Assembly (NCBI GenBank): GCA_051294375.1
Contig: CM119269.1
Span: forward strand, 8,119,225-8,183,224
DNA length: 64,000 nt
Source: Paraspadella gotoi
Lineage: Eukaryota > Animalia > Chaetognatha
Reading direction: 5' to 3'
Shown here: positions 21,932 through 36,100 of the stretch, in pieces
How positions within the stretch are numbered: position 1 is the first letter of the stretch
How the letters are laid out: each line of letters opens with the position of its first letter
Position numbers and translations under genes: made by a program
Notes under the pieces: model-generated
What the model was told of the DNA's origin: nothing
Seen by the model: only the letters and a program-made list of their open reading frames with translations
Databases searched by the model: none

Positions 21932-24900
21932 ATGGAAACGACCTATACAACGCCGCGAACGACGACGCCGGCCTACTTGAACCCGGCGTCCCACGAATGC
22001 CTCTACGACGGATTCACTCTGTGGACTCTGGGCGTCGTGGGCAACCTCATCAACGTGGTCGGCCTGGTGGGGAATCTCCTTACTTTCTTCGTGCTGTTGA
22101 GAATGTCGCCCAAGACATCCATCCTCGTCTACATCATCGCTCTCTCTTTCTCCGACATCACCATCCTTTTCTTCTCCAGCCTTTTCATCTATTCGCTCAG
22201 GTAAAGCGAAACAGTAAAATAGTACAGATTAACTACTATTGATTAACCAATCGACTACAGCAAGATATTTTATAGGTTTTTTTTTAAATTATGGACTAAA
22301 ATGCATCAGCCTAATCCGAAGCTCAGGGAATGCTTATATTGAACGGTTCTGTCTATAACTCATAACAATTATTACTGTCTCTAGTGTCTCTTCATTGGTG
22401 AGCCCGACGTGATAGGGAGGCGATGCGAAATGTTGGACGTTTGTAAAACGAAATGTGGGACGCGCGAGACTGAGAAAAATAGAAATTGCGAAAGTTGAAA
22501 AATTCTGAAGAAAAATACGTCGAAAAACGAAAATTGGCTGAATGTGAAATCTTTTCACTAATTAAACCGCCTATTTACGATTGATAAATTAAAAAATTGA
22601 TCAATCACTCGATTAATCAAATCTTAAACCAATCGATCAGTAATACTAAAAATCAAAAGGTTATTTATCTTAAATGGGGTTCACCAATGTAGAAGACGAA
22701 AATGATGGTAGGAAAAAAGTGAAGGGATTGTGACGAAAGTAGAAAAGAAGAAAAGAATTGCTATACTAATATAGTGAATTTGTGAAATGAGAACATGAAA
22801 TGACACAGGAACAGAATTTATGATAAGTCAATGTCAATACGACAATAAGCAAATGAGATTGATGAAAACGATCATTATATATTTGCCTTGTAATTATTAA
22901 TTTGGCAAAATTTAGAAAATTTTTGACTTTTGTGAGTTACATTATCATTAAACTAATTTAAGTCTAACCATTCTTAGCGTTGCCTGAGCGAAGCAACACT
23001 CACAAAAATACTCGATTCCATGAGATATTGAAACATCAAATTCACCGATGTTTTATTTTTGTGTTTTGTAAAATTTTTTATGATGGCATAAGTGCTTCAA
23101 ACTATATTTACTACTATATGCTAATGAGATTAAACCTTTAAGATAAAACGTTGTTGCTGATGTATGCTACTGTATCATTATTGATATGAAATAAAATTCT
23201 CATATACCACCAGGGCATTCGGGTTCCTGGAATCCAACTTAAACTTCGTCAACGACGTCAACCGCGGATATTTCCTTCTCTTCTATTTGACCGAAGTCTT
23301 TCTCTACCTCAACACTTGGTTGACGCTCGCAATGTGCGTGGATCGATACGTGAGCGTGTGCAAACCGCACCGGGCCGGGGACTGGTGCAAGAAGACCAAA
23401 GCCGTCAAGGTTAGGGGGACGAGATTGATTAATTGATTGGGTGGTTGAATGATTGATTCAATGATTGTAATATCACCGAGAGAAGAAGGGGTCGCCGAGA
23501 TCCACTTTGGGTGCCCAGCGGCTCTAAGAAATTTTTGCGTCAGTTTTCCTGCTTTCCGGAACTTAGGCTGGCTATCGGTGGTTTAATCGACCCGTTACTC
23601 TTTTGCAAGGATATTGAGATAGAGATAGAGATAGAACCAGGGACCACTGGGTATCAGCCTTGTGCGCCGTTACGGGGCTTATGGAAGGAACAGTCGGATC
23701 CCACGGGTAGTGATATTTCGCCACCACTATTGAATGCTCATTATAATGATTTATTTAGTAATAGAAAGATTACATAGACGATTGTATGGCAACAGCCGGC
23801 TTGCCTGCGATGCCTATTGGGATGGGGCTTCTCACTTTTGGCTTTGGGGGGCTTCCGACCCTCAGTGACGCATCCAGTCACTGGAGCGGTTACCCTAGGA
23901 CGGCCTCGCTTTGCCAACACAGAAGGAAGTCATTAGGACTGTGGAGTGTGGATGGAACACAACGCCTGGGATGGTGTGTTCCCCCTCTGAGCCAAAAGGA
24001 TTGGCTGAACGATGGTGGACGTGAGGCGGTGTGAATATACCGCCACAATTGACGATTACATCTTTCGTTCCCACATCAAAGGTGGTGGTCGGTCTGTCCA
24101 TCGCCGTGCTGATCTTCAACATCCCAAAGGCGCTGGAGTCGACCTCGATCCCCGATCCTTCTAACGTCACCGATTGTCTCATCACAACCGAACGACCAAT
24201 CATCGCCAACGAGTTTTACTACGTCTTTTACAAGTCAGTCGCGGGAAAAATCTATCAATAAATTATTAAATGAATAAATAAATTAATCAATCAATCAATC
24301 AGTAAACCAAACCAACAACAAGGAAACCAATGGATAATTCAGGAATACGATAAACAATCAATAAACCGATCAAATCAATTCAATCCAACCAATTAATCAA
24401 TCAATAAATCAATCATTTAATCTCGCAATAAATTTTTTTATCAATCAATCGATACGTCACTTAATCAGCCAATCGATCCTAATAATGAACCACTTAATCT
24501 ATCACTGCATAACTCAATTCCATCCAATCCAATCAAATCCAATGCAATCAAATGCAATCAAATCCAATCAAATCCAATGCAATCAAATGCAATCAAATCA
24601 AATCAAATCAAATCAAATCAAATCAAATCAAATCAAATCAAATCAAATCAAATCCTATCCAATCCAATCAAATCAAGGACGATCCTGGACCTCCTCCTCC
24701 GCTTCTTCTTCCCTCTGGCGGCGATGATCGTCCTCACCGCTCTCACCATCCTCACGCTGCGTCGCTCCAACTTCGGCGCGTTGGAGGAAGGGAAGAGGAA
24801 GAAGACGAAGAAGATGACCAACGCCATCACGTGGATGTGCATCGCCGTCGTCATCGTCTACGTCGTTTGTCAGGTTTAAAAGGGAAAGAGGGGGGGAGGG

Positions 24901-27383
24901 AGAGAGGGACGAGGGCGGGGGAATGGGGGTGAGGGTGAGTTTGGACGAAATGACGCCAAGAAAAGTCGGCCTTATTTTCCCCCAAAAACGCTCCAGTTTA
25001 TCCGTAAATTTGGAATTAGATTAATTTTTTTTTTTAATTAAGGATTAGGGTTAGTGATTAGGTTTGGGATTTGGTTAGTGATAAAAGTTAGTGATTAATT
25101 TTATGATTAAGTTTAAGGATTCGGGTCAAGGACGAGGGTTTAAGGCAAAGGATTAGAGTTAGAAATTAGGGATAAAGGCACCAAGAAAATATATACAACA
25201 GTGATTATACAGGTATTATATAGATGCTCCCTCTATTTCCAGAAGACAACACTGACTTCCCCTTCCCAAATTGAATTATTAGATAAATAAAACATTTTTA
25301 AGAAAGAAAGCAATATATATTTGATTAAATAATAAGATTAAATACTAAATCCTTCATAAAATATAAAAATAGAAAATAGTGAAACAAGTAATTTGCAAAT
25401 TTTCATAGAAATGATATATAATAATTCATGTCACTTCAATGTCAACATGACTGAGAAACACAATCTCATTTTCTATTCTATCTCTTTAAAAGAGTTACCC
25501 CAAACCGCGAGGGAGCCACCGGACTGGGTCCTTCAACCGCCTCTGAACATTTTGGTGCCATAATTACTCATCCCATCCCCTTAATACTCCTCCCTCCATT
25601 CTCTCTCCTCATTCACAAAGGTCCCCCTCATCGTGGTCTACGGCCTGGAACCCGTCTTCGTGGGCGACCGGGTCTTCGAGAAGATCTTCACGACGGCCAT
25701 CCTCCTCGTCACCCTCAACTCATCCGTCAACTTCGTCATCTACTGCCTTTTGTCTCCAAACTTTCGTCGCGTCTTCTTCAACACTCTTCACTGTCGATGC
25801 TGGAGATACGTGAGACTTCCGCTGGAGGATGACAACGACGAGTCGGGTGAGACGGAGAGGGTGGGGCGGTTGATGGTGCTGTTTCTGTTTCTGTTGTTTT
25901 GTTTGTTTATGGATTGGATCTGTCGAAAAGTCGTTAGTATGATGAGAAAGTTTTCTCCTCCGCGGGGTCAATCACAATAAGCCACCTTCTATGTTTCGAT
26001 CGCTACTTTTTCCCCGTCACGATCTCTGTCTTGTTACCATTTTAAATATTTATGTCGCATGTTTTGCGCGTTTTGTCAGCTGATAGTCTGACAGTCTGAC
26101 AGCCTTTACAGGGTGTAAAGTCTGTAGACAACTTTTTTGAAATCGCAGTACAGTTTTTTGGTTTATGAAAGTTCCAAAATTACTTGTTTCACTATCTTTA
26201 TTTTTTCTTTTTTAGATTTAAAATAACTATTATTTATGATTTTATTTATTTGTTAAAATAATTTTATGTTAAATACTTAAATATATTATTATTTATCTGT
26301 TTGTGATGGGGACGTTAGTGTTGTCTTCTGGAAATAGAGGGTGCATCTACACAACACAAGGTTAGATTGTTATTCTTTTTTGCAGTTTTTTTTTCGCAAA
26401 ATTCTGGATTTTCTTCCGTTTTTCTAAGGAAAAAAGAATTTTTTTGCAATATTGGATTTTGGAAAAAGAAGAAAACTAATTTTGAAGATTTTTTTTACTC
26501 AGGAGTTCATTTCCGTTAATTTTCTCATTTTCCACAAACTTTCGTTGCTTTTTTTTTTGGTTTCGCAGCTTTTTTTTGTGCTCCTTTTGCTGCTTTCTGC
26601 TTCTTCATTTCCTACTACTGTATCGTCGCTAAAAAATGTTTTACTGCTTGCCCTCATTGTCATTTTTTTTCCTGTTTAATATCGTAAAACAGTTCAAACC
26701 TGGCTATTTTAACTCCTTTACCACCATAAACCAATAAACCATGTCTTTTGCCTCAAACCATTTTTGCCTTCATCTCCCCTTCCTCCTCCTCCTCCTCCTC
26801 CTTCCTCCCTTCCTCACAAAAAAAAATTGTTTTCACTAAAACTTTCGTGATTCGACGATGCGTAAATTCTTTCTGACAAGTCGGAGTACTTGTCCTCGCT
26901 AATAACTCCTCCTTTCGTCTTTCCTACGTTTTTTTTTAAAGTTAAACCATATTTTCTATTCCATCTTTTACTTTCTCTCTCTCTCTCTTTCTTTTCTTTT
27001 ATTTTCTTTCCTTTCTTCGCTTTCTTTCTTAATTGTTCAATTTTTATTTCTCTCTCCATCGTTACATTTTTATCTTAATTTTTTTTTTTCTTATTTTTTA
27101 TTTTATCTTTTCCCCGTGTCCAATGTCACTCGAGGGTTCATTCCGTCTCAATACTTCCAATAAATCGATCTCACTATCCCTTCCCCCACCTCCCATTCGA
27201 CTCCTACCCTTCCCTACCCACTTCCCCCGACCCCCCCCCCTTCCAGGCTTCACAGCGGAGACCTCAATCCGCAGTCGACTTTCCCGCCAATTCTCACGAA
27301 CTCAATCGATGAACGCGGCGGATCAAAGACTCAAGAACGATGAGAGAAAGTCGGGCCGATCGAAGCCGAGAAGATCCCGATGA
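21932..27383 (+). CDS. Class A GPCR, FMRFamide-receptor-like, paralog 3 (6 exons)
   Basis: Exons 21932-22200, 23214-23409, 24082-24233, 24678-24873, 25621-25846 and 27247-27383 have consistent phases. Motifs: GLVGN, FSD, CVDRYVSVCKP, FNIPKALE, FFFP, VYVVCQVP, NSSVNFVIYCLLSPNFRR. It shares the N-terminal HECxY and the C-tail IRSRLSR with paralog 2. Confidence 0.92.
23785..24047 (+). mobile_element. Dispersed ~260-bp non-autonomous element, copy 1
   Basis: Closely matches the reverse complement of 36334-36588. It ends in the hairpin GGCGGTGTGAATATACCGCC. Intronic in GPCR paralog 3. Confidence 0.8.
24520..24676. repeat. (AAATC)n pentanucleotide microsatellite abutting a splice acceptor
   Basis: Seen directly; it explains the SNQIK-repeat ORFs. 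Confidence 0.9.
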
Positions 27384-28386
27384 GAAACGCGACGCCGGGG
27401 TTCGAACCCGCGAAACCGAGAATCGTTCCCGTCGCGACGGAGGATCGATCCTTCCTCGCCAATCGGGAGACGAGCGTTTGACGACGGTTGACGTGGCGTT
27501 TTATGGCTGACGTGGCGTGGCGTTAGACGCGTCAAGTGGCGTGGCGTTTCCTTTGAAGCGCCGCCTAATCTTCATCCTTCGTTTTTCGCCCGCTAATCTC
27601 TTTGAAAATCTCCGCCTCCTACGTTCGTTCGCACGCGCTACTTCGCTATTTTCGGGCGCACCCTTTGCACTGAAGGCATTACAGTACGCAGTATGCCGTA
27701 GTTTTCCCCAGTATGCCGCAATATCAGTCGCTGTTTTCGTCTTTGCAGTATCAATTCATTCTTTGTTTTTAACGTACTGAAATTAATAATATTATCCTAA
27801 AAAAAGTTTAAAGTCACTCATTTGTTTCTCCGTTTTTTTTTTTGTATTAGTTTATAAACGCAGCCTTAGGCTAAGAGATTTTATAGTTTTTCATGTCAAT
27901 TTACGTTCGTCATATTTAATCATTCAAAGGCCTTAACGAACATCGCGTGCCATAATAATTCAATACTCCGTTTCCGTAGTTAGTTTTTTTTTTTTGTTCC
28001 ACGAATTTATGTTTAGGATACAAAGCTGGAATGTTTACGTTTAATTTAACAAACGAATAAACATCAATATATTCTTTTCATACAGGTTTTATATTTTTTA
28101 CTACGTTACCATAGAGAAGGTGATGAATTGTTATTTAGCGATATATTGTCGTGCAGTACGTAGATTCAGTACCGAGAGAATTATAAAGGATCGAAGAGAA
28201 AAGAAAAGATAGAGAGAATATATACAAATATTATACAATATACATGGCTATGGAAAAAAAGAAAGAAAGAAAGCAAAGAAAGAAAGAAAGAAAGAAAGAA
28301 AGAAAAAGAAAGAAAGAAAGAAAGAAAGAGAAAGAAAGAAAGAAAGAAAGAAAGAATGAAAGAATGATAAGAAAGAAAGAAAGAAT

Positions 28387-28448
<62 letters not shown>

Positions 28449-28932
28449 GACGAGAGAGAGAGAGAGAGAAAGAGAGAGATAGAGAGATAGAGAGTTAGTT
28501 AAAGACCGAAAAACACAAATAGGTCGTTGTCCCATATACAATGTTATAAATAGCAATCCTGAATTTGAAGAGGGAAATCGTGACTGGACTAATTTTACGA
28601 TTTTCTCTCTCAACTTCATCCTTCGTCAGAAAATAAAATAAAAATCGAGAAAAGAAAATTAATTTTGAATTTAATTTGATTTCCGTCTTTGGAAAGAATT
28701 GGGCCCTCCCCTCCTAATCGGACGACGAGGTTGTGAAGCGAAGAAATGTGAATCGGTGTTGTTATTCGTTGTGAAAAGTTGGATGGAGAAAACAAAGAAT
28801 TTGTTTTGTGAATTTGAAATGAGAAGAAAAGGAAACATCTAACATCTAACATCTAACACTGAAATGTTAAAATAGATGAAAAGGATTAACCGTGACGATA
28901 TTAAAAACATATTTTCTTCTTCCCTCCCTTCA

Positions 28933-28991
<59 letters not shown>

Positions 28992-29122
28992 CTTTTCTTT
29001 CAAACCCGGAAGAGGGAGTGTTTAGTGTTTACCATTTATTTCCAGATGTGAATTCACTCATAACGACGATGTTTATGTTTTTTTGCCAGTCACTCTCTCT
29101 CTCTCTCTCTCTTCTCTCTCTA

Positions 29123-29218
<96 letters not shown>

Positions 29219-29792
29219 TTTCTCTCTCTTCTCTCTCACGTGATGTCGATGTTTTCTTTCCCCCAAAAATGCGATTAATCACCGCCCCAAACCTCCTTAG
29301 GCTCTCAGCGCATCCACCTCCGCAACACTTCATCAACTTACGTTAAATTCGCGCAAGAATCAAAATTCGTTCAATTTTTTAAAGTTTTTTAATAATTTCA
29401 AGCCCAAATTTATTCGGTGTGTTTAAAAAATTACGGGGTTGCATTAAAGTAATTTTTAATTTCAAGTTTAAAGTAACAAGGTCAAGCTTGCTCAGTCATT
29501 AACGTCTCTCTGTTGATAACTTTACTCAACAACAAACATTTATTGTTATGGTTAAAGATTGAAAAAAAAATATTAAACGCCTACAAAGTCGTTTAAGAAA
29601 TTAAGTAAATAATTATAACCAAAATTACCCATTGTTTTAACTCACAAATTTATTTTCTTCTTTCTCTTTCTTGACTTGAATTCAACAGTTGGACGTCATT
29701 GCAATCAAATTCACTGCGAAAAAAAAAATTTTGAAAGAAAAAAATGATTCGATCTTTTTTTCTTCTTCTCTTTTTCTTCTTCACGTCTAAAG

Positions 29793-31598
<1,806 letters not shown>

Positions 31599-31616
<18 letters not shown>

Positions 31617-31830
31617 AAGAATATTGAAGAATGTTAGATGGTGAAGTGAAGAATGTTAAACAGAAAAAAATATATATTAAAGAAATATTGAAGAAAGTTA
31701 GATGAGGAAGTGAAGAATGTTAAACAGAGAAAAGAAAAATATTGAAGAATGTCAGACGGGAAAGCGAAGAATGTAAGAGGGAGAAGTGAATGAATATTAA
31801 AGAATGTTAGACGGAGAAGTGAAGAGAATG
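31599..31830. repeat. Degenerate tandem repeat beginning in the last codons of the lectin gene
   Basis: TGTCAGACGGAGAAATGAAAGAATATTGAAGAA variants recur several times after the stop codon. Confidence 0.65.
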
Positions 31831-32547
31831 AGAAAACTGAATTGGGAAGGTGAAAGTGATCGCAGGCTTGTAATGGTAATGTATCTAAGTGCGAGAGTTG
31901 TTTATGAATATTAGATTGAGCATTGGGCAATACTAAATACTATTTTTTTGCTCTTTTGCCTATCATGCTAAACTTGCCCTGGCTTGTCCCAGTTTTTATT
32001 TTATTCACGAAAGTATTTTGTACATTTTCATTGCTTACTTCATCTGTTTTATTTTTCCTTGTTTATTTAACAAGAAATAAAAGTTTGTTTTGACTCAGAA
32101 GTTAAACGGTTGTTTGGTTCGACTCATCGAAAATTACGATAAGTTATCACGTAATCGAGGGAAAAAAAGAAAAAGAACAACAAAGAAGTTTATTGAAACG
32201 AAAAAAAGTACTTGAATCTTGTCAAAGAGCTCTAATTATGAAGTGATCACAGTTGGTCAATCGATGAAAATCGAAATTGTTAAAAAAAAATGATTATGCG
32301 TTTCTCACATGTATGGGTTTTGATAAATGTATAAATGAATTGAGAAAGATATATTTCATATATCTATATAAATTATGTATGGTTATGTGAATAAATAAGA
32401 GGGACAAACAGTTTTTTTGAAATATTATCAAATGATTGAATTCTGTCAAATAAAGGCAATTAGCAAGTTGGCTTGTAATAAAAATTCATAACTTATATGT
32501 TTAAAATAATTTGCTTTCCGCTTTTAAGAAGTAAACCCTTATCTGAA

Positions 32548-32654
32548 AAATTTTACAACAAAGCTAAAAATCGTTAGAGAAATGACGGGCCCCTTCACAA
32601 ATTTTACAACAAAGCTAAAAATCGTTAGAGAAATTACGGGCCCCTTCACAAATT
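32548..32654. repeat. Two-copy ~50-bp tandem duplication
   Basis: AAATTTTACAACAAAGCTAAAAATCGTTAGAGAAAT(G/T)ACGGGCCCCTTCAC occurs twice. Confidence 0.85.
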
Positions 32655-33049
32655 TGGTTTTCAGGCCACGGGCCCTCTGTGAGACAAGCTCACTCCACAC
32701 TCTTCTTATTAACTTTGCAAGAATAAGCCTTTCAAATCTTACACATTATCGTATGCATTTTAGGATTTCCTACTGGCACAAAATTTTATTAAAAGCTATT
32801 ATTTATTTTATATCTTTTTTCATATAAACTTTTTCAGTCCCATGAGCTTTTCCTATTAGGTGCCCGTGAGACTCCATAATGTTTCACGATTTACAAACCC
32901 ACTTTTTGTGATCTCGATTTAAGCTTTATGACGACAAAGATTCGGTTGTCGTCTTGGGGCGTCGAGCCGATAACCGCCTCCGCAGCCGCCGCCGCCGCGT
33001 TACGCGATCGGCGGCGGCGGCGCAGGTGAGAAACTCACATTGACTCGAG

Positions 33050-33072
33050 TATAAAAACAAGATGGCCGCCGA
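33050..33072 (+). promoter_or_regulatory. TATA box plus YY1-like motif upstream of the astacin gene
   Basis: TATAAAA at 33050 is followed by AAGATGGCCGCC, about 70 nt before the ATG at 33124. A GC-rich palindrome lies just upstream (~32985-33022). Confidence 0.45.
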
Positions 33073-33123
33073 CTCGAACCTCACTTTATTTTTGGCAAAG
33101 AAAAAGAATCCAAAGGAAAAAAA

Positions 33124-36100
33124 ATGGCAAGATTCATGTTGATCTTCGTTGCGGCCGTCTTCGTTGCTGTGGCGGTGAGCAATAGAGTCCATTTTGTGAT
33201 TGTGAATTGTGAATTGTGAATTCTTTGTTATCTTGAGAGTTACAGTTTTGAGCTCGGAAAAAACATGTGCATCTTTTTTCCAAGCTCAAAACTGTAAGTA
33301 TACTACGCATAAATTCGGGTTTTTTTTTTCATTGTTTCTCAAACATATTTCCAGGATTTTAATTGTTGTTTATCAATAATTAATCAATTATTAAATACCT
33401 ACTTTACAGGCCGCCGAGGAGCCGAGAACGGATCTTACCGACGAGGAAATCATGTACGGCGATTTCTCAGATGTCGCTTCTTACGCCAACGACGACAGAA
33501 CCATCGATCAGATCATCGAGGACGCCGGAACCAAGCAGGGCGCCGCCTTGGCCGCTGGGTGAGATGTGGGACCAAGCAGGGCAGCCGCCTTGGCCGCTGG
33601 TGAGATGGGGGACAAGCAGGGCGCCGCCTTGGCCGCTGGTGAGATGGGGGACCAAGCAGCGGCGCCGCCTTGGCGCTGGTGAGATGGGGAGGGCACAACG
33701 GGCGCGTCTGGCGCGTGTGAATGGGGGCACAAGCAGGGCGCGCCTCTGGCCGCTGTGACATGGGGGGACCAAGCAGGGCGCCGCCTTGGCCGCTGGTGAG
33801 ATGGCGGGGACCAAGCAGGGCGCCGCCTTGGCCGCTGGTGAGATGGGGGACCAAGCAGGGCGCCGCCTTGGCCGCTGGTTAGATGTTGGGCACCAAGCAG
33901 GGCGCGCCTTGGCCGCTGGTGAGATGTTGGGACCAAGCAGGGCGCCGCCTTGGCCGCTGGTGAGGATGGGGGACCAGCAGGGCGCCGCCTGTCCGCTGGT
34001 AGATGGGGGACCAAGCAGGGCGCGCCTTGGCGCCTGGTGAGTGGAGACCATGCAGGGCGCCGCCTTGGCCGCTGGTGAGATGGGGGACCAAGCAGGGCGC
34101 CGCCTTGGCCGCTGGTGAGATGGGGACCAAGCAGGGCGCCGCCTTGGCCGCTGGTGAGATGGGGGGACCAAGCAGGGCGCGCCTTGGCCGCTGGTGAGAA
34201 TGGGGGACCAAGCAGGCCCGCCTTGGCCGCTGGTGAGATGTTGGGGACCAAGCGGGCGCCGCCTTGGCCGCTGTGAGATGGGGGGACCAAGCAGGGCGCC
34301 GCCTTGGCCGCTGGTGAGATGGGGGCGCAAGCAGGGCGCCGCCTTGGCGCTGGTGAGATGGGGGGCCAAGCGGGCGCCGCCTTGCCGCTGGTGAGATGGG
34401 GGGACCAAGCAGGGCGCCGCCTTGGCCGCTGGTGAGATGTTGGGACCAAGCAGGGCGCCGCCTTGGCCGCTGGTGAGATGGGGGGACCAAGCAGGGCGCC
34501 GCCTTGGCCGCTGGTGAGATGGGGGGACCAAGCAGGGCGCCGCCTTGGCCGCTGGTGAGATGGGGGGACCAAGCAGGGCGCCGCCTTGGCCGCTGGTGAG
34601 ATGGGGGGACCAAGCAGGGCGCTGTCTAGGCTGCCGGTGAAATGGGGGGTACAAGCAGGTGGCCGACTTAGCCGCCGGTGAGAAGGGGGGGACCAAGCAA
34701 GGCACCTGGGCACCGCATTGCCCTTAGATAAGAGGATCCAATGAGGGACCAAGCAGGGGGGCCGCTTTGGTTGCGGGTCGAAAGTGGGGCTGAAGTGCAA
34801 ATAGACGAAATGGCTCATAGTCATGGACATTAGACATTGGACGAAGCTTACGTATGTGGTAGGAAAGCGACATAAACACTAAGTTTTCAATTACTTCTTA
34901 GGCGAAAATCAAGAGATCAATTACGACATGGACATGAACATGGATCCCATCCAGTACGAAACCAATTACGGAAAATTGCAAGGATTTTCCGGCGCCGGGA
35001 TGGCCAACGGTTACTACAGATGGCCCAAAAATATCATTCCTTACCAGTAAGCGATTAAAGTATGTTTGTTTACATTTTTATCTGGAATCCGTTAAAGGAA
35101 ATCGTCTCTCAAATTTTCAAGACCTCGGCCCGGGTCGTTCCTTGATTAAAGCGATCAATCTCATTTGCATATCGTCTTGTTTTGCTCGAGTAATGAAAAA
35201 TTGGCAGTTAAATATTAATATTAATTATTAATATTAATATTTTTGCGGTTCATAATCTTTGAATAAGAGGGACTCTTGCAGTTGATGATAAACGGAAACT
35301 GACATAGTTATTCTGCCAGCTACTAACAGATGATGACCGATACGCTAAAAATCGATTTTGATAATTTTTTTAATTTATAAATTTAACTCACGATCGATAT
35401 TTATATTCGTTGTGCAGGATTACCGGTAGATATACCCAGAGCCAGCTTAATTCCATCTACGCCGGCATGCAAATGTGGCAGCAAAAGACGTGCATCAGGT
35501 AAAGATTTGTTTCGTCCGTCTATCCGTCTACACCTGAAAAAACGTAGAATCAATTTCTTTCACCTTCGTGAAAAAATCATTTTCCCTTAAACTTAAAATG
35601 TAGGTTCGTTCCCTGCGGAAGCAGTCAAGCTCGTTCAACCGGACACAATCACTGTATCACCATTTTCAGCGGACGTGAGAAATTAATCTATCTAGTCAGC
35701 CTATTTGTATGTCTGTCCCCCTTTGTTCTGTTGGTTCTTACTTGACTGTCTGTCGGTCTCTCACTCCGTTTCTGTCCATGTGTCCGTATGTCTTTTTTTC
35801 GGTCTTTTCCTGACTCGAAGCCACGCCCACCTACAGAGGGATGTTACTCCAGCGTGGGCTACAACCATCGCTCTCATCAAGTCTCCCTTCAAGCGGGAGG
35901 CTGCACTTACCCTGGAATCGCCGCCCACGAATTGGGTCACACCATTGGCCTCCACCACGAGCAATGCAGACCCGATCGGGACAATTACGTCAGGATTCTG
36001 CTCAATAACGTCCCCAGCAACATGAGGTACGAAAGTCTGAGGCTAAAATTGAAAAAAAAAATAATCCTGCTCTTCGTTTTTAAAAATGGTTTACAGTTAA

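Noticed and set aside
33467-34830. Long ORFs (412/440 aa, minus strand) and a CRISPR-like appearance
   Set aside because: They are translations of a 41-bp tandem repeat with no unique spacers and no cas genes, in a eukaryotic context.
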